This document shows positions 27,490 through 36,658 of a stretch of 64,000 nt of DNA, piece after piece (positions within the stretch are counted from its first letter, which is position 1; every line of letters starts with the position of its first letter). The translations under genes were made by a program, and so were the position numbers. The DNA lies in the NCBI GenBank assembly GCA_963512445.1, contig CAUPMS010000004.1, positions 53,123 to 117,122 on the forward strand, in the 5' to 3' direction. The notes under the pieces were generated by a model that was not told the origin of the DNA, did no database searches, and saw only the letters and a list, made by a program, of their open reading frames with translations. The DNA comes from an uncultured Ralstonia sp. (lineage in GTDB: Bacteria > Pseudomonadota > Gammaproteobacteria > Burkholderiales > Burkholderiaceae).

Positions 27490-27876
27490 ATGACCACTCG
27501 TCCGACCGCGAAAGAGAACGCCAAGCGTTTTGCCAGTGTGATCCAGGCGCTGCAGGCATGCGAGGCCGCTTGCACGCATTGCGCGACGGAATCTGGCAAG
27601 AACGGCCACGCAGAAGCCATGGCGCGCTGCATCAGCGTGTGTACGGATTGCGCGGAATACTGCGGCCTGACGCGCAAATTCCTGGAACGCAACAGCGAAT
27701 TCGCAGAACTGCTACTGGAAGACTGCGCCGAAATCTGCAACCAGTGTGCGGAAGAATGCGAACATCACGGCCAAGGCCATTGCAGTGCCTGCGCAGCCGC
27801 CTGCCGCGCCTGCGTGGACGCCTGCCTGAAAGTCGCGGGCGTCGAGGCTGTCACCGCTGAACCCACGGTCTTCTGA
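27490..27876 (+). CDS. Cys-rich four-helix bundle metal storage protein (Csp3/DUF326-like), cytosolic
   Basis: 128 aa with 16 Cys in CxxxC/CxxC spacing (e.g. HCSACAAACRACVDAC); no Tat signal; AGGAG RBS. Confidence 0.88.
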   Translation: MTTRPTAKENAKRFASVIQALQACEAACTHCATESGKNGHAEAMARCISVCTDCAEYCGLTRKFLERNSEFAELLLEDCAEICNQCAEECEHHGQGHCSACAAACRACVDACLKVAGVEAVTAEPTVF

Positions 27877-27894
27877 TTTCTCTTTTCAACGCGT

Positions 27895-28371
27895 ATGAAA
27901 ATTGGCGAACTCGCCCAGCGCACGGGCATCAGCATCGAGACCATCCGCTTCTATGAAGCGCAGGGCCTGCTGCCCCCGCCGGCGCGCGCCGCCAACAACT
28001 ACCGCGTCTATACGCCCGAGCATGTCGAGCAACTGGCTTTCATCGCGAAGTGCCGGTCGCTCGACATGGCGCACACTGAAATCCGCCGGTTGCTCGAACT
28101 GCAGGCCAACCCGCAGGCCTCGTGCGAAGAGATCAACAACCTGCTGGACGAACACCTGCGCCACGTCGAAGCGCGCATTGCGGAACTGACCGACCTCAAA
28201 AGTCAGATCGAAGCGATCGGGCAGCGCTGCACGACCGCCGCTTCGGTGGCTGAATGCGGCGTGCTGCAATCGCTGCACGAGGAGTCCGTTGCCGCCAATC
28301 ATCACGGCCACAGCCATGAACATGGCGAAGGCGAACACGCGCATCGGCATATTCGCGGCGTGCATCGCTAG
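27895..28371 (+). CDS. cadR: Cd(II)/Pb(II)-responsive MerR-family regulator with His-rich tail
   Basis: MKIGELA...ETIRFYE...NNYRVY, CRSLDM, Cys in SCEE, QRC and ECGVL, tail NHHGHSHEHGEGEHAHRH. Confidence 0.9.
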   Translation: MKIGELAQRTGISIETIRFYEAQGLLPPPARAANNYRVYTPEHVEQLAFIAKCRSLDMAHTEIRRLLELQANPQASCEEINNLLDEHLRHVEARIAELTDLKSQIEAIGQRCTTAASVAECGVLQSLHEESVAANHHGHSHEHGEGEHAHRHIRGVHR

Positions 28372-28458
28372 CCCACTTTTCATCTGCGCGGCACGGCACA
28401 TGAGACGCGCGCATTACCAGCTTGCGTTGATCGCGTTGCCCTGCACGCGTGCGGACAA

Positions 28459-30801
28459 TCAGGCGCGCGTGCGCATCACGCGCAAGCCGTTGAACACCAC
28501 CAGCAGGCTCGCGCCCACATCGGCGAAGATCGCCATCCACAGCGTTGCATCGCCCATCACTGCCAGCGCCAGAAACACTGCCTTGATGCCCAGCGCCAGC
28601 ACGATGTTCTGACGCAGCACAGCCACCGTGCGACGACTGATGCGGATGAAGCTGGCGAGCTTGCGCGGGTCGTCGTCCATGATGGCCACGTCTGCGGCTT
28701 CCAGCGCGGTGGCGGTGCCGGCCGCGCCCATGGCGAAACCGATATCGGCACGCGCCAGTGCGGGGGCGTCGTTGATGCCGTCGCCGACCATGCCAATGAA
28801 GCCATGTTGTGCGGCGAGATCAGCCACCACGCGCTGCTTGTCGGCGGGAAGCTGCTCGGCGTGTACGTTGTCGATGCCGACCGTCTTGGCGATGACCTGT
28901 GCGGCGCGGCGGTCGTCGCCGGTCAGCATGACGGGCGTGATATCCAGCGCGCGCAGTGCGGCGATGGCCTCGACGCTTTCGGGGCGCTCACGGTCGCGCA
29001 CGCCGAAGAGCGCCACGGCACCGTTCGCATCGCACAGCGTAACGGCGGACATGCCTTCAGCTTGCAATGACTCAGCAGCGGCACGCCAGACCGATGTGTC
29101 GAAACCGCGATCGGCAACGAGCGCCGCGTTGCCCAGGTGCCAGCGCACGCCGTTGCGCGTGCCGGCCACGCCGCGACCGGGCAGCACGGACAGATCGTCA
29201 ACCGAGCCGGCATCCACTCCACCATGCACGGCAGCCGCCCGCACAATGGCCACGGCAATCGGGTGCGTGGTGTTGGCATCAAGCGCGGCCGCCACGGCCA
29301 GCGCATTCAGGTGCGCGGCGTCGGTTGTTGCATTCAATTCCGCCACGGCGCGGCGCGCGCCTTCGGGCAACATCACCGCATCGAGGACCGGGCGACCGGC
29401 GGTCAGCGTGCCGGTCTTGTCCAGCGCCAGTGCGCGCAGGCGCCGGCCGCTTTCCAGATAGACGCCGCCCTTGACCACAATGCCGCGGCGCGCGGCGGCG
29501 GCCAGCCCACTCACCACTGTGACCGGGGTGGAGATCACCAGTGCGCACGGGCAGGCAATCACCAGCAGCACCAACGCGCGATACGTCCACGCGAGCCAGC
29601 CGTCGGCCGTGATCAACGGGCCGATAACGGCAACCACCAGCGCCAGCAACATCATCGCGGGCGTGTAGATGGACGAGAACTTGTCGACGAAGCGCTGCGT
29701 GGGTGCGCGCTGCGATTGCGCTTCCTGGATGGCCCCCGCGATGCGCGCGAGCGTGCTGTCCGCAGCCAGCGCCGTGGCCTGCGCCTCGACCACGCCGTCG
29801 GTGACGATGGTGCCGGCGAGGAGAGTGTCCCCAATGGTTTTTTCCACCGGCAGGCTTTCGCCGGTGACAGGCGATTCGTCCAGCGCGGCGCGGCCGCTCA
29901 CGATGCGCGCGTCGACGGGAACGCGGCTGCCAGTGCGCACACGCAGGCGCGCGCCGACTGCAACGGTGTCGACGGCCACATCGCACCAACCGCCCGCGCC
30001 GTCGGCCAGCTCGGCGGTGTCGGGCGCAATGGCGGTGAGTGCGCGCACGGCATCGCGGGCACGCACCAGCGCGCGCGCCTCGATGGCTTCCGCCACCGCA
30101 AACAGGAAGATCACCATGGCCGCTTCGGCCCACTTGCCGATCAGCAGCGCGCCGATCACGGCCACCGCCATCAGGAAGTTGATGTTGAACGTGAGCGCAC
30201 GCACGGCAATCCAGCCCTTGCGCAGCGTCGGGCCGCCAGCCAACGCAAGGGAGGCGAGCGCCAAGACCAGCACCGGCCAAGCGTGATCGCCGAGCGACCA
30301 GGCGATGGCCTCGGCGCCGAATGCGGTCACCCCGCCAATGCCCAACAACCACGTACGGCGCGAAATACCTGCGGGCTCCGCAGGAGCGGCGGCCAGGCGA
30401 TCGTGCTGTTCGAGCACCTCGCCGTCCATGCCGATGGCGCGCAGCGCCTCCAGGAACGGCGTCACATCATCAACGGTGTGGTGGATCGTGAGGTGGCGCT
30501 CCAGCAGGTTGAAGTCCAGTGCGATCACGCCATCCGCGCTGCCCAGCTTGGCGCGGATCATGCGCTCTTCGGTTGGGCAATCCATCTGCTCGATGCGCAC
30601 GAGGGTGCGGCCAGTGGCCGCGGCGCGCGCGGCACCATCAACCGGTGCAGCGGCTTCGTGCACGTGGCCATGATCATCGGCGTGATGGGAGGTATCCCTT
30701 GCAACCGGGTGCTCATGGCCGCAGCAACCGCCGCAACCGGTGGATTCCGGTTTGGCGGCGTGGTCGTGGACAGGCAAGGTGGAGGCGAGATCGGGTTTCA
30801 T
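28459..30801 (-). CDS. cadA: Heavy-metal (Cd/Zn/Pb) translocating P1B-type ATPase
   Basis: N-terminal CGGCCGHEH and His-rich segment, MDCPTEE HMA, TGES, CPC, DKTGT, HP and GDGINDAP. Confidence 0.93.
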   Translation of the reverse strand: MKPDLASTLPVHDHAAKPESTGCGGCCGHEHPVARDTSHHADDHGHVHEAAAPVDGAARAAATGRTLVRIEQMDCPTEERMIRAKLGSADGVIALDFNLLERHLTIHHTVDDVTPFLEALRAIGMDGEVLEQHDRLAAAPAEPAGISRRTWLLGIGGVTAFGAEAIAWSLGDHAWPVLVLALASLALAGGPTLRKGWIAVRALTFNINFLMAVAVIGALLIGKWAEAAMVIFLFAVAEAIEARALVRARDAVRALTAIAPDTAELADGAGGWCDVAVDTVAVGARLRVRTGSRVPVDARIVSGRAALDESPVTGESLPVEKTIGDTLLAGTIVTDGVVEAQATALAADSTLARIAGAIQEAQSQRAPTQRFVDKFSSIYTPAMMLLALVVAVIGPLITADGWLAWTYRALVLLVIACPCALVISTPVTVVSGLAAAARRGIVVKGGVYLESGRRLRALALDKTGTLTAGRPVLDAVMLPEGARRAVAELNATTDAAHLNALAVAAALDANTTHPIAVAIVRAAAVHGGVDAGSVDDLSVLPGRGVAGTRNGVRWHLGNAALVADRGFDTSVWRAAAESLQAEGMSAVTLCDANGAVALFGVRDRERPESVEAIAALRALDITPVMLTGDDRRAAQVIAKTVGIDNVHAEQLPADKQRVVADLAAQHGFIGMVGDGINDAPALARADIGFAMGAAGTATALEAADVAIMDDDPRKLASFIRISRRTVAVLRQNIVLALGIKAVFLALAVMGDATLWMAIFADVGASLLVVFNGLRVMRTRA

Positions 30802-30807
30802 GCCGCC

Positions 30808-30838
30808 ATTCAAAACCCTGAAGAAGCTTCAGGGTCAA
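30808..30838 (-). promoter_or_regulatory. MerR-type (CadR/PbrR) promoter-operator of cadA
   Basis: Minus strand: TTGACC, 19-bp spacer, TTGAAT. Perfect palindrome ACCCTGAAG-aag-CTTCAGGGT at 30815-30835. Confidence 0.88.
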
Positions 30839-30847
30839 GCCCGTATC

Positions 30848-31396
30848 TCAAATGAGGTCTTTCATCCACTTTGTAACAATGGCGCGGGCTTCCGGCCAGT
30901 CACCCAACCCCGATTCGGCATTGATATGGCCACGTGCGCCCACGTCGACGGGCTCGGCGCCCCACGCTTGAGCCTGACCGAGGCTCCAGGCAGCATTGCT
31001 GAATGGATCGTTGGTGCTGAAGACAAGCACGGCGGGAAACGGCAGCCGCTGCTGCGGTATCGGGCGAAAGTCGGCCAACTCCGGCGGCATGTCGGCGCGA
31101 TCGAGCTGCGGCGGTGCAACCAGCAGAGCGCCGCGCACCCGCACGGCACGGGCAGAAGTGGCGGCCCAATGCGCCGTCAGCACGCAACCCAGGCTGTGCG
31201 CCACCAATACGACATCGCCGGGCGCCGCGCTGACTTCGGCCTCAAGCGCGGCGACCCAATCCGCACGCCTCGGGTAAAACCACTCGCGCTGCTCGACACG
31301 GCGATCCCCATGCAGGCGCTCCCAGCGCGATTGCCAATGCGCGTGGCCGGAGTTCTGCCAGCCGGGCAGGATCAGGACGGTCGGGATGGCGCTCAC
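30848..31396 (-). CDS. RBBP9/YdeN family alpha/beta hydrolase
   Basis: LILPGWQNSGHAHWQSRW, VAHSLG, STNDPF and GHIN; GTG start with GGAG RBS. Confidence 0.92.
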   Translation of the reverse strand: MSAIPTVLILPGWQNSGHAHWQSRWERLHGDRRVEQREWFYPRRADWVAALEAEVSAAPGDVVLVAHSLGCVLTAHWAATSARAVRVRGALLVAPPQLDRADMPPELADFRPIPQQRLPFPAVLVFSTNDPFSNAAWSLGQAQAWGAEPVDVGARGHINAESGLGDWPEARAIVTKWMKDLI

Positions 31397-31595
31397 GGTG
31401 TCTCCAGACGGTGGATTGGTTTTTGGAAATCCGAGACATTCTGCCGGGATTCGGCAGGCGGCGTCGGCATCACTCATCTAAAAATCCGCACAATCGATCC
31501 AAATATTCTGTTTCACAGGCAGATCGCCAGCTCCTACAGTCGCCAAACAATCCCGGCAACAGGGATTCCGAATCGAAGAAAACTCGGAGGAGACC

Positions 31596-32894
31596 ATGCT
31601 CGCACTGCTCGGGCTGCTGACCATCGTCGCGCTGTTTGTCGTCATCCTGACCAAACGCATGTCGCCACTGGTCGCGCTCATCGCCATTCCCGTCATCGCC
31701 GCGCTTGTGGGCGGCTTCGGGCTCAACACCAGCAAGTTCATCATCGGCGGCATCAAAGACGTTGCGCCCGTGGCGGGGATGTTCATCTTCGCCATCCTGT
31801 ACTTCGGCATCGTCACCGATGCCGGCATGCTGGACCCGATCATCGACCGCATCCTGCGCACCGTGGGCAGCCGCCCGCCACGCATCGTGGTGGGCTCGGC
31901 GCTGCTGGCGCTACTGATTCACCTGGATGGCTCGGGCGCGGTGGCGTTCCTCATCACCATTCCGGCCATGCTGCCGCTGTACGACCGGCTCGGCATGGAC
32001 CGCCGCATTCTGGCGTGCGTGACGTCGATGGCGTGCGGCGTGAATTTCCTGCCGTGGACGGGGCCGATGATCCGCGCATCCGCATCACTGCACATGCCGG
32101 TGACGGACATCTTCAACCCGTTGATCCCGGTGCAGGTTGCGGGGCTCGTCTTCGTGTTCGCGTGCGCATGGCTGCTGGGCAAGCGCGAAGAAAAACGCCT
32201 GGGCCTTGCCAACCACGCCGGCGGCGCGCAAGTCGTCGCGCGCCCGCTGACGGAGGCTGAGCAAGCGCTGCGCCGCCCGCGCAATTTCTGGATCAATCTG
32301 ATTCTCACCGTCGTCGTGATGGGCGTGATGGTCAGCGGCAAGGTCGACCCGGTGGTGATGTTCATGCTGGGCGTGGTCGCTGCGCTGCTCATCAACTACC
32401 CGAACGTCGACCAGCAACGCCAGCGCGTGGATGCCCACGCCAAGGCCGCGTTGATGATGGCAAGCATCCTGCTGGCTGCAGGCGTGTTCACCGGCATCAT
32501 GAGCAAATCCGGCATGCTGACTGCGATGGCCAAGACGGCGGTGGATTTCATCCCGCCCGGCATGGCGCACCACATTCCGGTGGTGCTGGGCGCGTTGTCG
32601 ATGCCGCTGTCGCTGCTGTTCGATCCGGACTCGTTCTACTTTGGTGTGCTACCGGTGGTGGCCGAGGCGTCGAAGATGCTGGGCGTGGCACCCGTGCATG
32701 TGGCGCAGGCTGCGGTGCTCGGCCAGATGACCACGGGCTTCCCTGTCAGCCCGCTCACACCCGCGACCTTCCTCGTGGTCGGCCTGTGCGGCATTGAACT
32801 GGCGGACCACCAGAAATTCTCGATCCCCTTCCTGTTCGGCGCCTCGCTGCTGATGACCGCAGTGGCCGTGGTGCGGGGCGTGCTTCCGTGGTGA
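31596..32894 (+). CDS. CitMHS family (citrate/metal:H+) transporter
   Basis: KRMSPLVAL, FAILYFG...DAGMLDP, HLDGSGA, NFLPWTGP and DSFYFGVLP. Confidence 0.92.
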   Translation: MLALLGLLTIVALFVVILTKRMSPLVALIAIPVIAALVGGFGLNTSKFIIGGIKDVAPVAGMFIFAILYFGIVTDAGMLDPIIDRILRTVGSRPPRIVVGSALLALLIHLDGSGAVAFLITIPAMLPLYDRLGMDRRILACVTSMACGVNFLPWTGPMIRASASLHMPVTDIFNPLIPVQVAGLVFVFACAWLLGKREEKRLGLANHAGGAQVVARPLTEAEQALRRPRNFWINLILTVVVMGVMVSGKVDPVVMFMLGVVAALLINYPNVDQQRQRVDAHAKAALMMASILLAAGVFTGIMSKSGMLTAMAKTAVDFIPPGMAHHIPVVLGALSMPLSLLFDPDSFYFGVLPVVAEASKMLGVAPVHVAQAAVLGQMTTGFPVSPLTPATFLVVGLCGIELADHQKFSIPFLFGASLLMTAVAVVRGVLPW

Positions 32895-32898
32895 TGGC

Positions 32899-34242
32899 AT
32901 GAAGACACTACGCATCGGCGGCGGCGCCGGTTATTCAGGCGACCGCATTGAACCAGCGCTCGAACTCGCAGAGCACGGCGATATCGACGTGCTGATGTTC
33001 GAATGCCTGGCCGAGCGCACCATCGCGCTCGCGCAGCAGGTGCGCCGCAAAGACCCATCGCACGGCTACGACCCGCTGCTCGAAGCGCGCATGCGGGCAG
33101 TGCTGCCAGCGTGTGCCGCGCGCGGCATCCGCATCGTCACCAACATGGGCGCGGCCAACCCGCAAGCGGCAGCCGAACGCACGCGCGACATTGCGCGCGA
33201 ACTCGGCCTCAAGCTGCGCGTGGCAGCCGTCACCGGCGACGATGTGTTCAGCCTGCTGCAAGCGCGCGGCCACGACTTCACCCTGATGGATGACGGCGCG
33301 CCAGTCGCCTCGCTCGGTACGCGCATCGTGTCGGCCAATGCGTACCTCGGCGCGCAGGGCATCGTCGATGCGTTGGCACAAGGCGCGGACGTGGTCATCA
33401 CCGGGCGTGTGGCCGATCCGGCACTGGCGCTCGGGCCGCTGATCCACGCCTTCGGCTGGCGCATGGATGATTGGCATCGCCTCGGCTGCGGCACGCTGGC
33501 CGGGCACCTGCTCGAATGTGCAGGGCAAATTACCGGCGGCTACTTCGCCGATCCGGGCGTGAAAGATGTGCCCAACCTCGCGCGCCTCGGCTTCCCCATC
33601 GGCGAGGTGGGCGAGGATGGCTCCGTGCTCATCACCAAGGTCGCCACGGCCGGCGGCATCGTCACCGAGGCTACGTGCAAGGAGCAGTTGCTTTACGAAA
33701 TCCACGATCCGGCGCGCTATCTCACGCCCGACGTCGTGGCCGATTTTTCCAACGTGCACATGCGCGGCGACGGCAAAGACCGTGTCGTCATCGAAGGCGC
33801 AACGGGCACACCGCGAACCGGTCAGTTGAAGGTCTCCATCGGTTATCTCGACAGCTACATCGGCGAAGGCCAGATCAGCTATGCCGGCCCCAGCGCAGTG
33901 GCCCGCGGCAAGCTGGCGCTCGACATCGTGCGCGAGCGATTGGCGCTGACCGGCGTGCAGATGACGGAGACGCGCTTCGAGCTGATTGGCGTCGATGCGC
34001 TGCACGGCCCCGCCCTCTCCCGCACGGATGCCGAGCCGTACGAAGTGCGCGTACGCGTGGCCGCTCGCACCGAATCGATGGCCGAAGCCATCCGCATCGG
34101 CAACGAGGTCGAAACGCTGCTGACCTGCGGCCCCTCCGGCGGCGGCGGCGCAACGAAGAGCGCGCGCGAGATCATCGCCGTGGCGTCGACGTTGATCCCC
34201 GCTGAACTGGCCCCGCACGCCGTGCACATTCTGGAGAGCTGA
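32899..34242 (+). CDS. Acyclic terpene utilisation AtuA-family protein (DUF1446)
   Basis: GAGYSGDRI, FECLAERT, TNMGAANP, SANAYLG, TGRVADP, GHLLECAGQ and EQLLYEIHDP. Confidence 0.9.
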   Translation: MKTLRIGGGAGYSGDRIEPALELAEHGDIDVLMFECLAERTIALAQQVRRKDPSHGYDPLLEARMRAVLPACAARGIRIVTNMGAANPQAAAERTRDIARELGLKLRVAAVTGDDVFSLLQARGHDFTLMDDGAPVASLGTRIVSANAYLGAQGIVDALAQGADVVITGRVADPALALGPLIHAFGWRMDDWHRLGCGTLAGHLLECAGQITGGYFADPGVKDVPNLARLGFPIGEVGEDGSVLITKVATAGGIVTEATCKEQLLYEIHDPARYLTPDVVADFSNVHMRGDGKDRVVIEGATGTPRTGQLKVSIGYLDSYIGEGQISYAGPSAVARGKLALDIVRERLALTGVQMTETRFELIGVDALHGPALSRTDAEPYEVRVRVAARTESMAEAIRIGNEVETLLTCGPSGGGGATKSAREIIAVASTLIPAELAPHAVHILES

Positions 34243-34243
34243 C

Positions 34244-34567
34244 ATGAGCCGACTGCTTCGCGACATCGCCCACACCCGCGCCGGCGACAAAGGCGACATC
34301 TCATGCCTGTCCGTCATCGCCCATCGCGCGGAAGATTTTGCCGTGCTGGAGCAACACGTAACAGCCGAACGTGTGCGCGCACATTTCGCAGAACGCGTCC
34401 ACGGTGACGTCGAACGCTACGTGCTGCCGCAACTGGGCGCGCTCAACTTCGTGCTGCACGGTGCGCTGGCCGGTGGCGTCACGCGCTCGCTGGCGTTGGA
34501 TGCGCACGGCAAGTCGCTGTCGAGCGCGCTGCTTACGCTGGAGATTCCGGCGCGGGTTCAGAGATAA
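34244..34567 (+). CDS. Small AtuA C-terminal-like protein
   Basis: IAHTRAGDKGD, ALNFVL and GGVTRSLALDAHGK. Confidence 0.85.
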   Translation: MSRLLRDIAHTRAGDKGDISCLSVIAHRAEDFAVLEQHVTAERVRAHFAERVHGDVERYVLPQLGALNFVLHGALAGGVTRSLALDAHGKSLSSALLTLEIPARVQR

Positions 34568-34605
34568 GCTGGCGCGCTCTTGGGACATCACGCCCGGCCC
34601 TCGCC

Positions 34606-35505
34606 ATGAACCTCTCTGTCAAACAGCTCCGCGCCTTTGCCGCGCTGCGCGAGCACAAAAACTTCACGCAGGCGGCACAGACGTGCCACTTGTCGCAATC
34701 GGCCTTCAGCGCGCTGATCCAGAACCTGGAGGCCGATGCCGGCGTGCGCCTGTTCGACCGCAACACGCGCCATGTTGAATTGACACCCGAGGGCGAAGCG
34801 TTTGCCGAATCCGCACTGCGCCTGCTGGCCGATTTCGAGGCCACCTTTTCTGAGCTGCGCGATCGTGCCGCTGCCCGCACCGGACGCGTAACAGTGGCGG
34901 CGCTGCCGTCCATTGCGGCGGGCATTCTCCCGGGGGTGCTGGCGGCGTTTTCGGCGCGGCATCCGGGCATTCAGTTGGCGCTGCACGATCAACTGTCGGA
35001 CCCGTGCATCGATATGGTCCGGCGCGGCGCGGCGGATTTCGCCATCGCGGCCATGGGTGCCGACATGGCCGGCCTCTGCGCGCAGCCGTTCTGCACGGAC
35101 GACTTCCACCTCGTCTGTCATCAGGATCACCCGCTCGCACGCAAGCGCGCGCTTGCCGTGGGCGATCTGGTCGACGCGCCGTTCATCCACCTCGCGCGCA
35201 ACACGAGCATCCGGCAATACCTCGATGCGGCGCTGCACCCGACCAAGCTGCGCAGCGGCATGGAAGTCGAACACCTGGCCACGGCGGCGGCGCTGGTGGC
35301 GGCCAACCTGGGCATCACCGTGATCCCGGCGCTGGCGCTGTTCCAGTTCCGCTTGCCGGAACTGGCGGTACGGCCGCTGCCACTACCGGGGCTCGTGCGC
35401 ACGCTGTATGTGATCCGGCGCGACGGGCGCAGCCTGTCGGTGGCGGCGCAAGGGCTGCTGGACCTGCTGCTGGCCCACCCCGTGCATGCCAACAGCGAGG
35501 CTTGA
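34606..35505 (+). CDS. LysR family transcriptional regulator
   Basis: NFTQAA...LSQSAFS...LE...GVRLFDRNTRHVELT HTH plus substrate-binding domain. Confidence 0.95.
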   Translation: MNLSVKQLRAFAALREHKNFTQAAQTCHLSQSAFSALIQNLEADAGVRLFDRNTRHVELTPEGEAFAESALRLLADFEATFSELRDRAAARTGRVTVAALPSIAAGILPGVLAAFSARHPGIQLALHDQLSDPCIDMVRRGAADFAIAAMGADMAGLCAQPFCTDDFHLVCHQDHPLARKRALAVGDLVDAPFIHLARNTSIRQYLDAALHPTKLRSGMEVEHLATAAALVAANLGITVIPALALFQFRLPELAVRPLPLPGLVRTLYVIRRDGRSLSVAAQGLLDLLLAHPVHANSEA

Positions 35506-35580
35506 TCGGGTTTGACACGGCGCATGGCGGCAGCAAACCGGGCTGCTAGAGTGTGAGCATTCCAACGCCCGGAGCGCACC

Positions 35581-36048
35581 ATGTATCAACGCATCCTTGC
35601 CGGCTTTGACGGCAGCCACGAAGCCCAGCTCGCCGTGGAACACGCGGCGGCTCTTGCCAAGGCATTCGGTGGCCAGATGCGCGTGGTCTGGGCCATCGGC
35701 AGCCCACGCATGCCTGAGACGCGCGAGATCTACAGCGTCGACAAACTGCGCGACGCTGAACGCCAGACCGCCGACCACTCCTTGGCCGAACTGCACCGCA
35801 CGCTGGAAGCCGACGGTATTGCCATTGAAACCGGCGTGCTCATGCTCAACGCCACTGACGACGACATCGGCAGCGCACTTGAACACGAGGCCGTGCGCTG
35901 GCAGGCCGACACCATCGTGGTCGGCTCGCAGGGCAAGCATGGGCTCGCGCGCATCCTGCTGGGCAGCGTGGCGGAACGCACCGCTCGGCTGTCGCACCGC
36001 ACCGTCATCGTGGTACGTGCACAGCACCCGGAACACGCTGCCGGCTGA
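35581..36048 (+). CDS. Universal stress protein (UspA family)
   Basis: YQRILAGFDGS...IVVGSQG...LLGSVAE. Confidence 0.92.
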   Translation: MYQRILAGFDGSHEAQLAVEHAAALAKAFGGQMRVVWAIGSPRMPETREIYSVDKLRDAERQTADHSLAELHRTLEADGIAIETGVLMLNATDDDIGSALEHEAVRWQADTIVVGSQGKHGLARILLGSVAERTARLSHRTVIVVRAQHPEHAAG

Positions 36049-36073
36049 AACAGCTGAAGTCGAATCGATCCAC

Positions 36074-36143
36074 TATGCAACTTGTTGCATATGGAAAGTC
36101 GGCTGTGCTATGTTGCATCCCACGTTGGTGCAATCCGTTGCAC
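36074..36143. promoter_or_regulatory. Palindromic operators TGCAA-N4-TTGCA, putative PadR sites
   Basis: TATGCAAC-tt-GTTGCATA at 36074-36091 and GTGCAA-tccg-TTGCAC at 36128-36143, with a degenerate copy between them. Confidence 0.65.
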
Positions 36144-36162
36144 TTTCTGCTCAGGAGCCAGC

Positions 36163-36606
36163 ATGCCGCAACCGACCCCGTCTACTTTGAACGCCCCCGC
36201 ACAAGCCACGCTCGACGCTTGGCACGTCATGCTCGAGAGCGGCAACATGGACGATCTCGACCGGCTGTTCGCCGATGAAGTGGTCTTCCGTTCGCCCGTG
36301 GCGCACACGCCCTATCCGGGTCGAACAGCCACCACGCTGGTGCTGCGCACCGTCAACACCGTCTTTGAAGACTTCAAATACCACCGCAGCTTCGCCACTG
36401 ACGAGGGGCTGAGCGTGGTGCTCGAATTCAGTGCCAACGTCAGCGGCAAAGCGCTCAAGGGCATCGACATGATCCGCTTCAACGCCGACGGCAAGATCGT
36501 GGAGTTCGAGGTGATGGTGCGCCCGGCCACCGGCCTGCAGGCGCTCGGCGCCGCGATGGGCGCCAAGCTGGCCGACAAGATCGGCCTGCTCAAAGCCGGC
36601 GCCTGA
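36163..36606 (+). CDS. NTF2/SnoaL-like family protein
   Basis: VVFRSPVAHTPYPG, LEFSA, KGIDMIRF and FEVMVRP; AGGAG RBS. Confidence 0.87.
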   Translation: MPQPTPSTLNAPAQATLDAWHVMLESGNMDDLDRLFADEVVFRSPVAHTPYPGRTATTLVLRTVNTVFEDFKYHRSFATDEGLSVVLEFSANVSGKALKGIDMIRFNADGKIVEFEVMVRPATGLQALGAAMGAKLADKIGLLKAGA

Positions 36607-36658
36607 ACGCCTTCCCGATTTCAATCCAATACCAATACCAAGACCAACGGAGACTGCC

